The notes below the pieces were generated by a model that saw only the letters and a list, made by a program, of their open reading frames with translations, ran no database searches and was not told where the DNA came from. The position numbers were made by a program, and so were the translations under genes. Positions 9,923-19,778 of a stretch of 64,000 nucleotides of DNA are shown here, one piece after another (positions within the stretch are counted from its first letter, which is position 1; each line of letters opens with the position of its first letter). The stretch is from Victivallales bacterium (lineage in GTDB: Bacteria > Verrucomicrobiota > Lentisphaeria > Victivallales > UBA1829), in assembly GCA_045612485.1 (NCBI GenBank), contig JAZKZE010000084.1, positions 692 through 64,691 of the forward strand, in the 5' to 3' direction.

Positions 9923-12286
9923 TCACTTTACGGAAATATGCCAGTTCAAATAGGCTCTGTCCTCCTCAAGTTCGTTCATAAATTCCACACTTTTTTCTTC
10001 ACCGTCGCAGATCAATTCCGCTGTGGCAAAGGAGTAGAAAGGTTCTTTTCCGTAAGCAGAATAGATCCTTACTGAGTGTTCACCTTTTCCCAGAAGACGG
10101 GAAAGATCCAGCACAGCGGAGCGGTCACCTGGTTTCAGCCGTTCTTCATCAGAAGGAATATCCTTTACAAGTCCTTTTTTGGAAATATAGCCGAAAGTCT
10201 TTACTTTTCCATCCTTCTTCACTTCCTGCAAAGTAAAGATGATATTATAAAGATCCTCCATAAGACTTCTTTCATGGCTTGTCACCCTTGTGGGGATAAA
10301 GACTGTAAGAAGATTTTTCTTTGAGGCTTTTTCCGGATTACGGAAAGCACGCTGCTTTTCAATAAGGGCAATATGTTTTTCCGCCTCTGTGCATTTTTTC
10401 ATAACGCTGCGGGGATATTTTTTCAATACCTTTTCCGCTGTATCCTTATCAAGGGCGACGATACAGCCGATGACCTCATAAGGAGCAAGACTCTTTACCT
10501 TTGAAGGATCTTTCTGCCCCGGAATGGCAAAGAATTTATACTTACTGAAATTGCCGTTCAATTTGAAGGACGCCTTTACTTCCATCTCTTTTCCGGAACA
10601 GTTGGCAAGAGTCATGATACCATATTTTTTTCCGGGAGCAAGAATAAGAGTATGGGCAGCTTCAAAGGGATCCTCTTTGGCAAAAACATTCCGGCAGTTG
10701 AAGTCGGTATAGTATTCCAGACCTGATTTATCCCCGCCTCCAAGCAGACTCCAGATATAAAGAAGTTCCCGGAAGGCTCCGTCACTGATACCCGGAACAG
10801 GGGGGTGACGCAAAGAGGAGGATTCGATCTGTTTACCCATAGGCTGATGCGGCGGCTGGGCGGCAGCGGCAAGGAAAGGGATCATCTTTTGAGAACTGTA
10901 TTCAGGGAAGGCTGCAGTCCACATGGAACCGGGACCGACCGCACTCATACTGAAATATTCATGTTCATGCCGTCCTTTGATAAGGATCCCCCGTTCCCCT
11001 TCCCCGGAAACGTAACCGTCAAAGAAGAGGGAAGCGATCCCGGAATACCCGGTTCCGGTATGACTGTAAAAGACGCCGTCTTTCCCCACTCTTTCCCGCA
11101 GAGAACGCATAGCTTTATAATATTCACGGAAAGCGATCCTGCCTCCGGGGAAGTTTTCATCCGGAGCAAAAGCGTACCCGAAAGGTCCTCCGTAATCCAT
11201 ATAAAGTCCGTCAAAATTTTTGATAAGGCGGGCGTCGAACCAACTGGAGGCATCCTCCCGTACAGAGATCTCGTTGCCCCGGATATAGGGAACCACCCGC
11301 AGACCGTATTTATGGGCAAGAGCCACCCCGTGACGGAATTTCTTTTCATCATAAGGCGTTCCGCCGTTCTGGGTATCGAACCGCCAGCAGTCGTGAAGCA
11401 TCAGGATCTTTGCTCCGGAATCCGCCACAGCTTTGATCTGGACATCGGTAGGGAAACGGTCAAAGTTGTCAATATAATGAATGATGCCCATGGGAGGCAG
11501 ATTGCGTTTCACTCCGGCAGGACGCAGGAGGAAAGCAAGACGGTTCCGCCAGTGAAGGGGCGGGAAAGATCTGCCGCCTGCCGGATTCTTCTGGAAATTC
11601 CATTCAACAAGGAATCCTTCTTCAGTCCTCTTTACGGAAGAAGCGGTATCCTCCAATGTGTAGTTGAAAAGGGAATTATTCCCTTCCATAAGGAATTCTG
11701 CAAAGAAGGAAGGACCTTTCTTCCGCATGGCATTGAAATTGGTCTGGGCAAAGAGTTTTCCATCAAAGGAACGGGAAGTATCCAGGGGGAGAAATCTTTC
11801 CGGGGGAGCCGCCTGAATGATAGTGGCATCCACCTTTTCCGCATGAAGACGCACGCACCATTTCACATCATCAAAGTCTTTGAGAATAACAGGAATGGAC
11901 AATTTGAAATCTTTGACGAGCTCTGCTTCCAGCGTAGCATAAAAAACAAAAAGATCGCAAAATACCACTCCGTCCGGAAAAAACTCCCATTTGAGACAAA
12001 GATAAAAGTCTTTAAGAACTTCCCCTTTATCATCTTTCCAGCCTATCCGGGGAAATTCCACTACTTTTGCCCCGTCACAGGTAAAACGGTTTACCGGAGT
12101 ATCTTTATCACACACCGGACGGAAAAGTTTTTTCCCGCTTTTTATGGAAAAGGGAGAGGCAGATAATTTCCACGCATCAAATTTTTTTCCGTCGGATTCA
12201 ATGACTTTTGCAGCAGAGGGAAATCCCCCGCAGGCGGGGGAAAAGGTATATTCGGCTGTTGCCGTTTTCAAAGAAAAAGTATTCAT
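9923..12286 (-). CDS. Uncharacterised ~790-aa protein, paralog 2 of 7464..9842
   Basis: Collinear high similarity to paralog 1 over the full length. The ATG at 12284-12286 lies 2 nt after the upstream stop codon (TGA at 12289-12291). Confidence 0.8.
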   Translation of the reverse strand: MNTFSLKTATAEYTFSPACGGFPSAAKVIESDGKKFDAWKLSASPFSIKSGKKLFRPVCDKDTPVNRFTCDGAKVVEFPRIGWKDDKGEVLKDFYLCLKWEFFPDGVVFCDLFVFYATLEAELVKDFKLSIPVILKDFDDVKWCVRLHAEKVDATIIQAAPPERFLPLDTSRSFDGKLFAQTNFNAMRKKGPSFFAEFLMEGNNSLFNYTLEDTASSVKRTEEGFLVEWNFQKNPAGGRSFPPLHWRNRLAFLLRPAGVKRNLPPMGIIHYIDNFDRFPTDVQIKAVADSGAKILMLHDCWRFDTQNGGTPYDEKKFRHGVALAHKYGLRVVPYIRGNEISVREDASSWFDARLIKNFDGLYMDYGGPFGYAFAPDENFPGGRIAFREYYKAMRSLRERVGKDGVFYSHTGTGYSGIASLFFDGYVSGEGERGILIKGRHEHEYFSMSAVGPGSMWTAAFPEYSSQKMIPFLAAAAQPPHQPMGKQIESSSLRHPPVPGISDGAFRELLYIWSLLGGGDKSGLEYYTDFNCRNVFAKEDPFEAAHTLILAPGKKYGIMTLANCSGKEMEVKASFKLNGNFSKYKFFAIPGQKDPSKVKSLAPYEVIGCIVALDKDTAEKVLKKYPRSVMKKCTEAEKHIALIEKQRAFRNPEKASKKNLLTVFIPTRVTSHERSLMEDLYNIIFTLQEVKKDGKVKTFGYISKKGLVKDIPSDEERLKPGDRSAVLDLSRLLGKGEHSVRIYSAYGKEPFYSFATAELICDGEEKSVEFMNELEEDRAYLNWHISVK

Positions 12287-12288
12287 TT

Positions 12289-14472
12289 TCAACAAGTCCT
12301 TGTTCTGGTAAAGGGTACATCTTCGCTCAAAGTCTGTCTGTAAACAGCTAAAGTATTATCCCGCAGGTTTTCCAGCTGTCTTACCTTCCAGTGCAGATGC
12401 CACGCTCCTCCCTGATAATCCATACGGGGTTCCCAGCCGAGAATGGAGTCATTTTCCGCTACGGGGATCACCTCTTTCACATTGGCAAGCTCCTTTGCCA
12501 CAATATCCAGCATATCATCCATAATGGCATTTGCCACTGCGAAATCCGGTTCGATCTCGATCCTTCTGTTGAGGATGAACCATTTTTTGTTATGCAGTGT
12601 ACTGCGGAGCATGGCACGGTAGAACATACCCACTCCCAGAATCTTTTCCGCAGTTTCCTTACGGCAGAGAGGAGCTTTTTCCACAGCCTGTTTCATAAGT
12701 TCCACCCCTTTGTCCCAGGCGGGAAGAACAATATTTTCCAATGCCTTGATATCTTCATGCATCATACGCCCGCAGGCAGATCCTCCAAAGACCATTTCCG
12801 GGAAGTAGGCAGGGTGCATAAGAGAGGAACCGCAGACACTCTGGGGTGTGGAAGGATACTTCATATCCTGTTCTGTGAAGGGATAGAGATACGGCAGGAA
12901 CACAAAGGGATATGCCGCCCCCACACGCATGGTGGCACACTGATCCCCGAAACTGGGGGCATAGTGATTCATGCTTTCGCTCCAGAGATCCCACGCTTCC
13001 ACAGCAAGAGAAGCCCCTTCTTCCCCGAAATCCCTTGCGGCGATCTTATAAAGGATATCCTTCATATCCACATCCGGAGACCAGAATGACCATTTACTGC
13101 ATTCAGAAACCACAGAGGGATACCAGCCGAAGTGATGGGAATCCATAAGTCCGGAAAGACCGTATTTTTTTCTTGCTTCATGCATTTTATCGTAACGGCG
13201 CATCCACTGCTGGGGAACAGGGATATAAGGCACGATCCCGGCATCCCAGGTGCGTCCGCCGGTATTGGTCATGGAGTAAAGGGTAAGTCCGATCTCCTTT
13301 GCCGCTTCCGCTTCACAGGTGAACATTCTGCTGGGGCCGGGGAAAGTAATGGAATAATCCGGCTGCATCACCATGTGACGGGGGAATTTTCGCTGTTCAT
13401 ACATCTCAAAGGTGACAAGAAGGGATACATCCCTGGACATGGTACGGATCATATCTTTCTGGGGTTCGACAGGGGCTCTGCCGAATCCGTAAGTCCAGAA
13501 GATGATGTCGGCAGTGGGATTATATTTGCGTACAGCCTTTTTCACAGCATCCACCCACTGGGGATAATCAGAACAGGGCCACCAGCCGGAACCCGGTTTA
13601 TCTCCGCAGATCCCCTGGGTATAGGGATTTGCCCCTCCGGGGGTGGTCAGATGACTTGCAGCTCTGGGGTCTTTTGTGGGAAATTCACACGCTTCACTGA
13701 CAAGAACGATCCCCTTTGCTCCGGGGGAATGTTTGAACAATGCGCCATAGGAACCGTCAAAGAAGCCGTCAGCATCGGTATCGTCCGGATGCTTGTAACC
13801 GGAAAGGTAACTGTAGATATATACCCCCAGACCGAACTTTGCAGCTCTGCGGATAAGAGTATTCACATCAATGGGGCCCTGTCTGGTCTTGTCCGGAGCA
13901 GTAAGCATAACGATGATGGAATCGAACCCGGCATGAGCGATCCCGGCAAGGTGATTATCCGGGAACTGGTCAAGTCCGTAACCGGAATGGGTCATACGGG
14001 GAGCAAAATAGGGAGCGCGGCGGATCTGTTTGCATCTTTCCAGTGCAGGGATCTGCCTTAAATTCATCAGATCCTCTATGTAATATACCCCCTGCGCTGT
14101 TCCGATCCAGCTGTCCCCTTCCACGATCACGCTTTTTTCATTGCATGTATAGAAATACGCTCTGGAATCATTGCAGACTTCAGAAGGAGTATCGCCTTTT
14201 TTTGCCATTTCTGTAAGGAAAATTTCCTTATTGCCCGCTTCATAGCTTTTCACGAGAGGAAGAGAGATCTTCATACTTACAAAGAAATAATCCTGCATAT
14301 CACTTGCAGCACGCAGCAATCCCTCTGTAGCATCTTCCGGCACCCGGATCACCCAGGAAGCATCAATAAAAGTTTCATTCTCCTGAACTTTTTTCACTTC
14401 TTCATTTCTTCTGTCGGATAAATGGATCCTGTCCAGAAATTCTCTGAATTCATAAGGCTGTTCGATTCTCAT
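12289..14472 (-). CDS. Uncharacterised 727-aa protein, putative glycoside hydrolase (family not assignable)
   Basis: Long ORF with an AAGAGG RBS, inside the glycan gene string. The hydrolase call rests on context and general appearance only. Confidence 0.7.
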   Translation of the reverse strand: MRIEQPYEFREFLDRIHLSDRRNEEVKKVQENETFIDASWVIRVPEDATEGLLRAASDMQDYFFVSMKISLPLVKSYEAGNKEIFLTEMAKKGDTPSEVCNDSRAYFYTCNEKSVIVEGDSWIGTAQGVYYIEDLMNLRQIPALERCKQIRRAPYFAPRMTHSGYGLDQFPDNHLAGIAHAGFDSIIVMLTAPDKTRQGPIDVNTLIRRAAKFGLGVYIYSYLSGYKHPDDTDADGFFDGSYGALFKHSPGAKGIVLVSEACEFPTKDPRAASHLTTPGGANPYTQGICGDKPGSGWWPCSDYPQWVDAVKKAVRKYNPTADIIFWTYGFGRAPVEPQKDMIRTMSRDVSLLVTFEMYEQRKFPRHMVMQPDYSITFPGPSRMFTCEAEAAKEIGLTLYSMTNTGGRTWDAGIVPYIPVPQQWMRRYDKMHEARKKYGLSGLMDSHHFGWYPSVVSECSKWSFWSPDVDMKDILYKIAARDFGEEGASLAVEAWDLWSESMNHYAPSFGDQCATMRVGAAYPFVFLPYLYPFTEQDMKYPSTPQSVCGSSLMHPAYFPEMVFGGSACGRMMHEDIKALENIVLPAWDKGVELMKQAVEKAPLCRKETAEKILGVGMFYRAMLRSTLHNKKWFILNRRIEIEPDFAVANAIMDDMLDIVAKELANVKEVIPVAENDSILGWEPRMDYQGGAWHLHWKVRQLENLRDNTLAVYRQTLSEDVPFTRTRTC

Positions 14473-14483
14473 AAAAAACCTCT

Positions 14484-16772
14484 TTATCTTGTTATTTCAG
14501 AAATAATTGTTTTTCCATTATAAACCATGCTTGCTTTCACACGGCAATTTTCTTTTCCGCGTACAAAACACATACACTTACCGTGGAAGGCTTTGCAGAA
14601 GGGAGTATGGAATACATCTGTACTTGCGGCATTGCCGCCGTCAGCAGCAAGGATCTTTCCATTGCTTTCAAAGGAAATGAGGTCATCCGCATCCGGGCAG
14701 AGATTGCCGTCAGCATCCACGATGGAAGTTGTGACAAAAAGTGTTTCATTCGTTCTTTCCGCTTCCAGCTTTATACCGGCTGGCTCTCCGGCTGTACGGA
14801 TAAATGTTTCTTCAAGGACATTACCTTTATCATCCAGAGCTTTCACCCTGATTTCCCCCTTTTCATAAGGCACACTTGCCCAGACAAGGCGGGAATAACC
14901 TAAAATCTTCTTCACATTGCGGGTCTTTGCCCCCATGCTTTTTCCGTTGACAAAAAGTTCCACCGTTTTGTAATTGGTATAGCATTGAACAGGAACGTGT
15001 TTATGACCCTCCCAGTTCCAATGGGGCATAAGGTACAGTACTTTCTCCTCTGACCAGCGGCTCTTATAAAGATAGGCACGGTTTTTCGGCATTCCGCAAA
15101 GGTCGAATATCCCGTAAAAGGCACTGCGTACAGGCCACTCCTCCCGGTAGGGGGTGGGTTCTCCGAGATAGTCGAAGCCAGTCCAGACAAATTCCCCCAT
15201 GACAAAGGGATTTTCATCCTGTCCTTTAAATTCATGTTCCGGAATGGTTGCTCCCGGGGAGTTGCAAAGATCGAAACTGTCGATCTGTAAATTGGGCTTT
15301 TTCACCAGTTCTTCAAAGAGATAGTCGGAATACTCCCCCCGGCTGCTTATGGTGGAGGCACTTTCTGAAGCATACATGGGAGCATCCGGGAAGGTATGGT
15401 GATAAAGAGAATAGATATAAGGCTTGTAATTGAAGCCTTTGATATCCACATCATCAAACAATCCTCCTGTAATACTGTCATCGCCATTGTTCAGTCCGGC
15501 GGTGGTGGGGCGGGAAGGATCTTCATCGTGACAGACGGCGCAAAGGTGCTTTGTCATTACGGGTCCGTCCGCCGTATATTGTTCGTCGATCTCGTTACCG
15601 ATACTCCACATCATTACCGAAGGGTGATTGGCATCTCTTCTTATCATATCCCGCAGATCTTTTTCCCCCCATTGATCAAAATAGAGGTGTACGCCATTGG
15701 GACATTTGGGTAATTTCCATTCATCGTAGGCCTCACAGATCACAAGAAATCCCATACTGTCACAGAGATCAAGCAGTTCCGGATCCGGGGGATTGTGAGC
15801 GGTACGGATGGCATTGCAGCCGATGCTTTTCAATAATTTCAATCTGTGCTGCGTCACATCCCGGTCAACGGCTGCTCCGATGATCCCCAGATCATGATGA
15901 AGACATACCCCTTTAAATTTCATCTTTTTTCCATTGAGAAAAAATCCGTCGTGTGCGTCAAATTTCATATCCCGGAAGCCGAAAGATGTTTCTCTTCTTC
16001 CTCCAGCTATTTCCGTTACAAGTGTATAAAGGACAGGCTTATCCACACTCCACTTTTCCACATTTTCCACAGTAAAGACTGTATCCAGAGTGTCTTTGAT
16101 TTTTTCCCGTTTTTCCGCTACACATTTTCCCTCTTTATCCAGAATGGCAAAGCTGATCTCCTGTTCTTTTCCGGAAGGATTCTCGATTTGTGTATGGATT
16201 TTTACCGTATTTTCCTTTGTGACAATGCGGGTACCCCACATCTTTACATGGATCAGAGGTTCTTCAATAAGCCGCACATGACGGTAGATCCCCGCACCGG
16301 GATACCATCTGCTTGCACCGGGAAGGTTTTCCGCAGAAACGGCAAGGATATTTTCCCCTTCTTTTGCAAAAGAGGTGATATCCGCAGAAAATGAGGCATA
16401 GCCGTAGGGTCTTCCGGTCACATATTCCCCGTTGCAATAGACTTTTGACCAGCTCATCACGCCGTCAAATTCAATGCGTATATGCTTGTCTTTTACGCCG
16501 GAAAGAGTAAATTTTTTCCGGTAAAACCCTTTGCCCACATGAGGCAATCCCCCGCTTCTTCCGGGGTGTACCATTTTCCATTCCCTGCCGCCATCCACAT
16601 CAATGATGGTGATCTCGGCATCATTTTTTTCATCGAAAGGTCCTTTGATCGCCCAATCGTGAGGTACATCCACTTTTTCCCAGTTTTCATCGCAGAAACT
16701 TTCCTGCATAAAATCCTTTTCGCAGGAAATATCCCTTGTAAAACGCCAATCTTTTTCAAAAAGGTTTTCCAT
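14484..16772 (-). CDS. Glycoside hydrolase family 2 (beta-galactosidase-type)
   Basis: Typical GH2 strings: DVPHDWAI, VYCNGEYVTGRPYGYASFSADIT, CNAIRTAHNPPDPELLDLCDSMGFLVICE, NHPSVMMWSIGNE. Confidence 0.9.
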   Translation of the reverse strand: MENLFEKDWRFTRDISCEKDFMQESFCDENWEKVDVPHDWAIKGPFDEKNDAEITIIDVDGGREWKMVHPGRSGGLPHVGKGFYRKKFTLSGVKDKHIRIEFDGVMSWSKVYCNGEYVTGRPYGYASFSADITSFAKEGENILAVSAENLPGASRWYPGAGIYRHVRLIEEPLIHVKMWGTRIVTKENTVKIHTQIENPSGKEQEISFAILDKEGKCVAEKREKIKDTLDTVFTVENVEKWSVDKPVLYTLVTEIAGGRRETSFGFRDMKFDAHDGFFLNGKKMKFKGVCLHHDLGIIGAAVDRDVTQHRLKLLKSIGCNAIRTAHNPPDPELLDLCDSMGFLVICEAYDEWKLPKCPNGVHLYFDQWGEKDLRDMIRRDANHPSVMMWSIGNEIDEQYTADGPVMTKHLCAVCHDEDPSRPTTAGLNNGDDSITGGLFDDVDIKGFNYKPYIYSLYHHTFPDAPMYASESASTISSRGEYSDYLFEELVKKPNLQIDSFDLCNSPGATIPEHEFKGQDENPFVMGEFVWTGFDYLGEPTPYREEWPVRSAFYGIFDLCGMPKNRAYLYKSRWSEEKVLYLMPHWNWEGHKHVPVQCYTNYKTVELFVNGKSMGAKTRNVKKILGYSRLVWASVPYEKGEIRVKALDDKGNVLEETFIRTAGEPAGIKLEAERTNETLFVTTSIVDADGNLCPDADDLISFESNGKILAADGGNAASTDVFHTPFCKAFHGKCMCFVRGKENCRVKASMVYNGKTIISEITR

Positions 16773-16781
16773 ATTTCCCTG

Positions 16782-19700
16782 TCAGTTGAATTTTACAGTA
16801 CCATTTTCAGTTGGATAGATCCGCCACAAATCATTGCCCATTTCTTCCGTCTGCACCGCTTTTCCATTGAATGTGACAGAAGGAGTCTTTTCACAACGGA
16901 ATTCCAGGAAGGCATCTTCTGAAGTCTTTCTGATCTCCAGAACAGGATAGATGGCTTTCACAATTTCCACGCCTTTCCAGCAGGAAAGTTTTTCTTCATT
17001 TCTTCCGTAAAGTGTGGAAAGAAGATAGGTATAAGTCCAGTAGGCAGGAACTCTGCGTTTGCTCCACTGTACGTGTCCCAGAAACTCTCTTGCGATACGT
17101 TTGTTTTTCAGAGCTTCTTCAATATGTTCTTCCAACTCTTTTTCCGTCATAAGTCCAAGTTTGATACAGCACATGAAGAAAGAATATACTTCCTGCCAGC
17201 CGGTGACACCCTCATTGGAAGTATGATAAATATCTTCCGCCCCTTCCGGACGTTCCTCCCAGGGGGCACAGCGTTTTCTTGCATGGAGGAAGGCATCCAT
17301 AAGCCCCATCATCTGTTTATTCATAAGAGTACAGTAGGCGTCCAATGCTTCCTTGTAATGTCCTTCGGTGGTAATATTATACAAGGCTTCCGTACGGCAG
17401 TTATTTTCCACAAGACTTGCCGGATAAGAGAGGAACGCTCTGGAAGCATCCACTTCCTCATGGAAGAATTTTACAGAATACCAGTTTTCCACACCGTGAT
17501 ATTTGCAATGATACTCTGCTGCATGAAAAAGAGCTGCCCTCATGGCAAACATTTTACTGTAAGCATATCTGCCCAGTGCCAGATCCTCTTCTTTCCCCAA
17601 CATTTCCGCCATATTGAGAAATCCCAGATACCCTCCGTAATTTGTCCCGTCGCTCCAGCTTATGCCGTTTTCACAGTAGGCAGCACACATACATGCCCAG
17701 TCCATTGCATGAAGATAATAATCAAAGGCGTGACGGAATACCTGCCAGTTTTCTTTTATGAGATCCCAGGAATTGGTAAACAATGCCCCGAAATATGTTC
17801 CATACAGACTCATGGCATTGCCCCAGTCGGTTTCCACCATCAATATATCGGTATTTTCAATAGTTTCCTTGCTGCATTCTTTAAAGCGGTTGATCCCGCC
17901 CACATGCAGATAGGTCATATTGAAATCAATTCCGGAGAAGGGTTCTTTTCTGTTGTACCATGTATAGCATTTGCGTTTGCCGGGTCCGATATAGGAGCAG
18001 TCGGGATCACAGACTTTTCTCAACCCCTCTTTAATGGTTTCTTCCAGTCTCTTCCGTTTTTCCGGACTTAAAAGGTGGAAGACCATAAGGACGAAGCTGT
18101 ACTGGAAAACAAAGGAATAATTCCCCGGATTGCCCACTTCCGGAGCATCAAGATGGTAAGACATGAATTCTTCAAAATCGCTTTCCAGTTTCTTCTGCAA
18201 TTCCTCATACCGTTCCGCAGGGAAAGCAAGATCCCGTCTGGTATCGGGAACAGGAAGAGAATAGGAAGAATAGAAAGAATCCTCCACCCCGTACAGAAAA
18301 CCATATTTGGTGGGGAACTCTTCTCTTACACAATTTTCATCCAGTTTGATACTTTCCAGATGTTTTTCCGCAATACTTAAAGGCGGCGGCAATGGTGCAT
18401 AAAAAAGGGGGGTTGTATTCCATTCATCTTCCAGAATTCTGTAAGAAAATTTCTGGACGACATCCACTTTTTCTTTTGTTGCCTTGTAATGATCCTCGCA
18501 TTTCACAGGACGCGCCACAGCTCTCTGGGCATATTTCTGCGAAAGTGTGATCCATTCAGAAATCTTTTCTTCTGTCACTTCGTGGGGCTGGAGCATCTCT
18601 ATCCCGCAGGGGAAGAGGAACATCATATAGCCCACACTTCCGGCAAATTCGATACGCAGTCCGGTAATACGGCTTCTTGCATCCCTCTTTACCCGGATTC
18701 TTTCCGGAGAGGATTGGAAAATAACTTGCAGCGGCACATCCGGAAATACATTCTGGGAGGTGAAAAGCACATAGTTGCGGGATAATGCACCGTCTCTGCT
18801 TTTGTCATAACAGATATCATTTTCATTATTTTCCACACTTCTTGTATGCAGACCGTCAGAAAGAGGGAGAATAATTTTTTTCCATGCCGAGATCCCGACA
18901 AGGGAATCTATGTTCATGTAGGATAGATCGGTTTCCACCATAAGGGCAGGTGTAAGAACAGAATAATCAAAGGTGATCTTTTTATTACCGGCAAGTTTTC
19001 TTGTCCACCTCACTCCGCTCCAATCATTTCTGATCTCTTCATTTTCCGGAACTTTATAGGCATTGATAATGGAGCAGGAGGTCTTTTCCCCGTCAGGAAG
19101 TAAAGAAAAGTTCCAGATAATATTTTTATGATATTGAGGGTGTCCGGAAGTATAGGTACGGGTAACGATCCCGAAGGAGGGCATACTGTAATCCAGCAGA
19201 CCATCGCCCTTGGAAAAACCGAAACGCCCGAAACTGTTGAAGGCATTTCCGGTTCCGGGAGTATAGGAGGCAAGATCCATCTCTTGAGTTACTTTCTTTC
19301 CTTCCAACATTTCCGGAAGGGGGGCAACTTTTTCAGGAATAAGAATATTGCCTTCCTCATCAAGAATTCTTGCAGAAAACTTACAGGGAAGAGTTTTTTC
19401 CGTATTGTTGGCAAGAGTTACCTGCAGAAGATTTTTCCCTTTCTGCAAGGCAACGGGAAGCTCTCTTATCTCATTATGCAGTAACGGGATACATCCTGAA
19501 ACATATTCCACACCACAAACTTTCACCGTCAAAGAATAATCACACTGGAACTGAAGAAAATACTCTCCGGAAAAAGAGACATATATTTCTGCTGTGCTTA
19601 CAGTACTTTCTCCGGAAGTTAGTTCCGGCTTTTCACACTTCCAATCCCAAAAACCGCTTGTCATATCAGAAAAAAATTCTCTGTCACCACCCATTTTCAT
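16782..19700 (-). CDS. Uncharacterised 972-aa protein (glycan-locus member)
   Basis: Uninterrupted ORF, 9 nt upstream of the GH2 gene. AGGAG lies just upstream; an alternative ATG sits at 19694. No family recognised. Confidence 0.75.
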   Translation of the reverse strand: MKMGGDREFFSDMTSGFWDWKCEKPELTSGESTVSTAEIYVSFSGEYFLQFQCDYSLTVKVCGVEYVSGCIPLLHNEIRELPVALQKGKNLLQVTLANNTEKTLPCKFSARILDEEGNILIPEKVAPLPEMLEGKKVTQEMDLASYTPGTGNAFNSFGRFGFSKGDGLLDYSMPSFGIVTRTYTSGHPQYHKNIIWNFSLLPDGEKTSCSIINAYKVPENEEIRNDWSGVRWTRKLAGNKKITFDYSVLTPALMVETDLSYMNIDSLVGISAWKKIILPLSDGLHTRSVENNENDICYDKSRDGALSRNYVLFTSQNVFPDVPLQVIFQSSPERIRVKRDARSRITGLRIEFAGSVGYMMFLFPCGIEMLQPHEVTEEKISEWITLSQKYAQRAVARPVKCEDHYKATKEKVDVVQKFSYRILEDEWNTTPLFYAPLPPPLSIAEKHLESIKLDENCVREEFPTKYGFLYGVEDSFYSSYSLPVPDTRRDLAFPAERYEELQKKLESDFEEFMSYHLDAPEVGNPGNYSFVFQYSFVLMVFHLLSPEKRKRLEETIKEGLRKVCDPDCSYIGPGKRKCYTWYNRKEPFSGIDFNMTYLHVGGINRFKECSKETIENTDILMVETDWGNAMSLYGTYFGALFTNSWDLIKENWQVFRHAFDYYLHAMDWACMCAAYCENGISWSDGTNYGGYLGFLNMAEMLGKEEDLALGRYAYSKMFAMRAALFHAAEYHCKYHGVENWYSVKFFHEEVDASRAFLSYPASLVENNCRTEALYNITTEGHYKEALDAYCTLMNKQMMGLMDAFLHARKRCAPWEERPEGAEDIYHTSNEGVTGWQEVYSFFMCCIKLGLMTEKELEEHIEEALKNKRIAREFLGHVQWSKRRVPAYWTYTYLLSTLYGRNEEKLSCWKGVEIVKAIYPVLEIRKTSEDAFLEFRCEKTPSVTFNGKAVQTEEMGNDLWRIYPTENGTVKFN

Positions 19701-19720
19701 ATACTCCTAAATTTGCTGTA

Positions 19721-19757
19721 TTATAAGAAAGGCTGCCTTCCTTCCGGAAAAGCAGCC
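19721..19757 (-). terminator. Possible weak or partial terminator after the oxidoreductase gene
   Basis: On the minus strand, a GGCTGC/GCAGCC stem with imperfect extension (19731-19757) is followed by tttcttataa. Confidence 0.35.
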
Positions 19758-19778
19758 AGAAAATTTACCACTCTATTT

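Noticed and set aside
8607-12166. 312-aa and 453-aa plus-strand ORFs (8607..9545 and 10805..12166)
   Set aside because: They are antisense to the two paralogs. They resemble each other only because the sense genes are duplicated.
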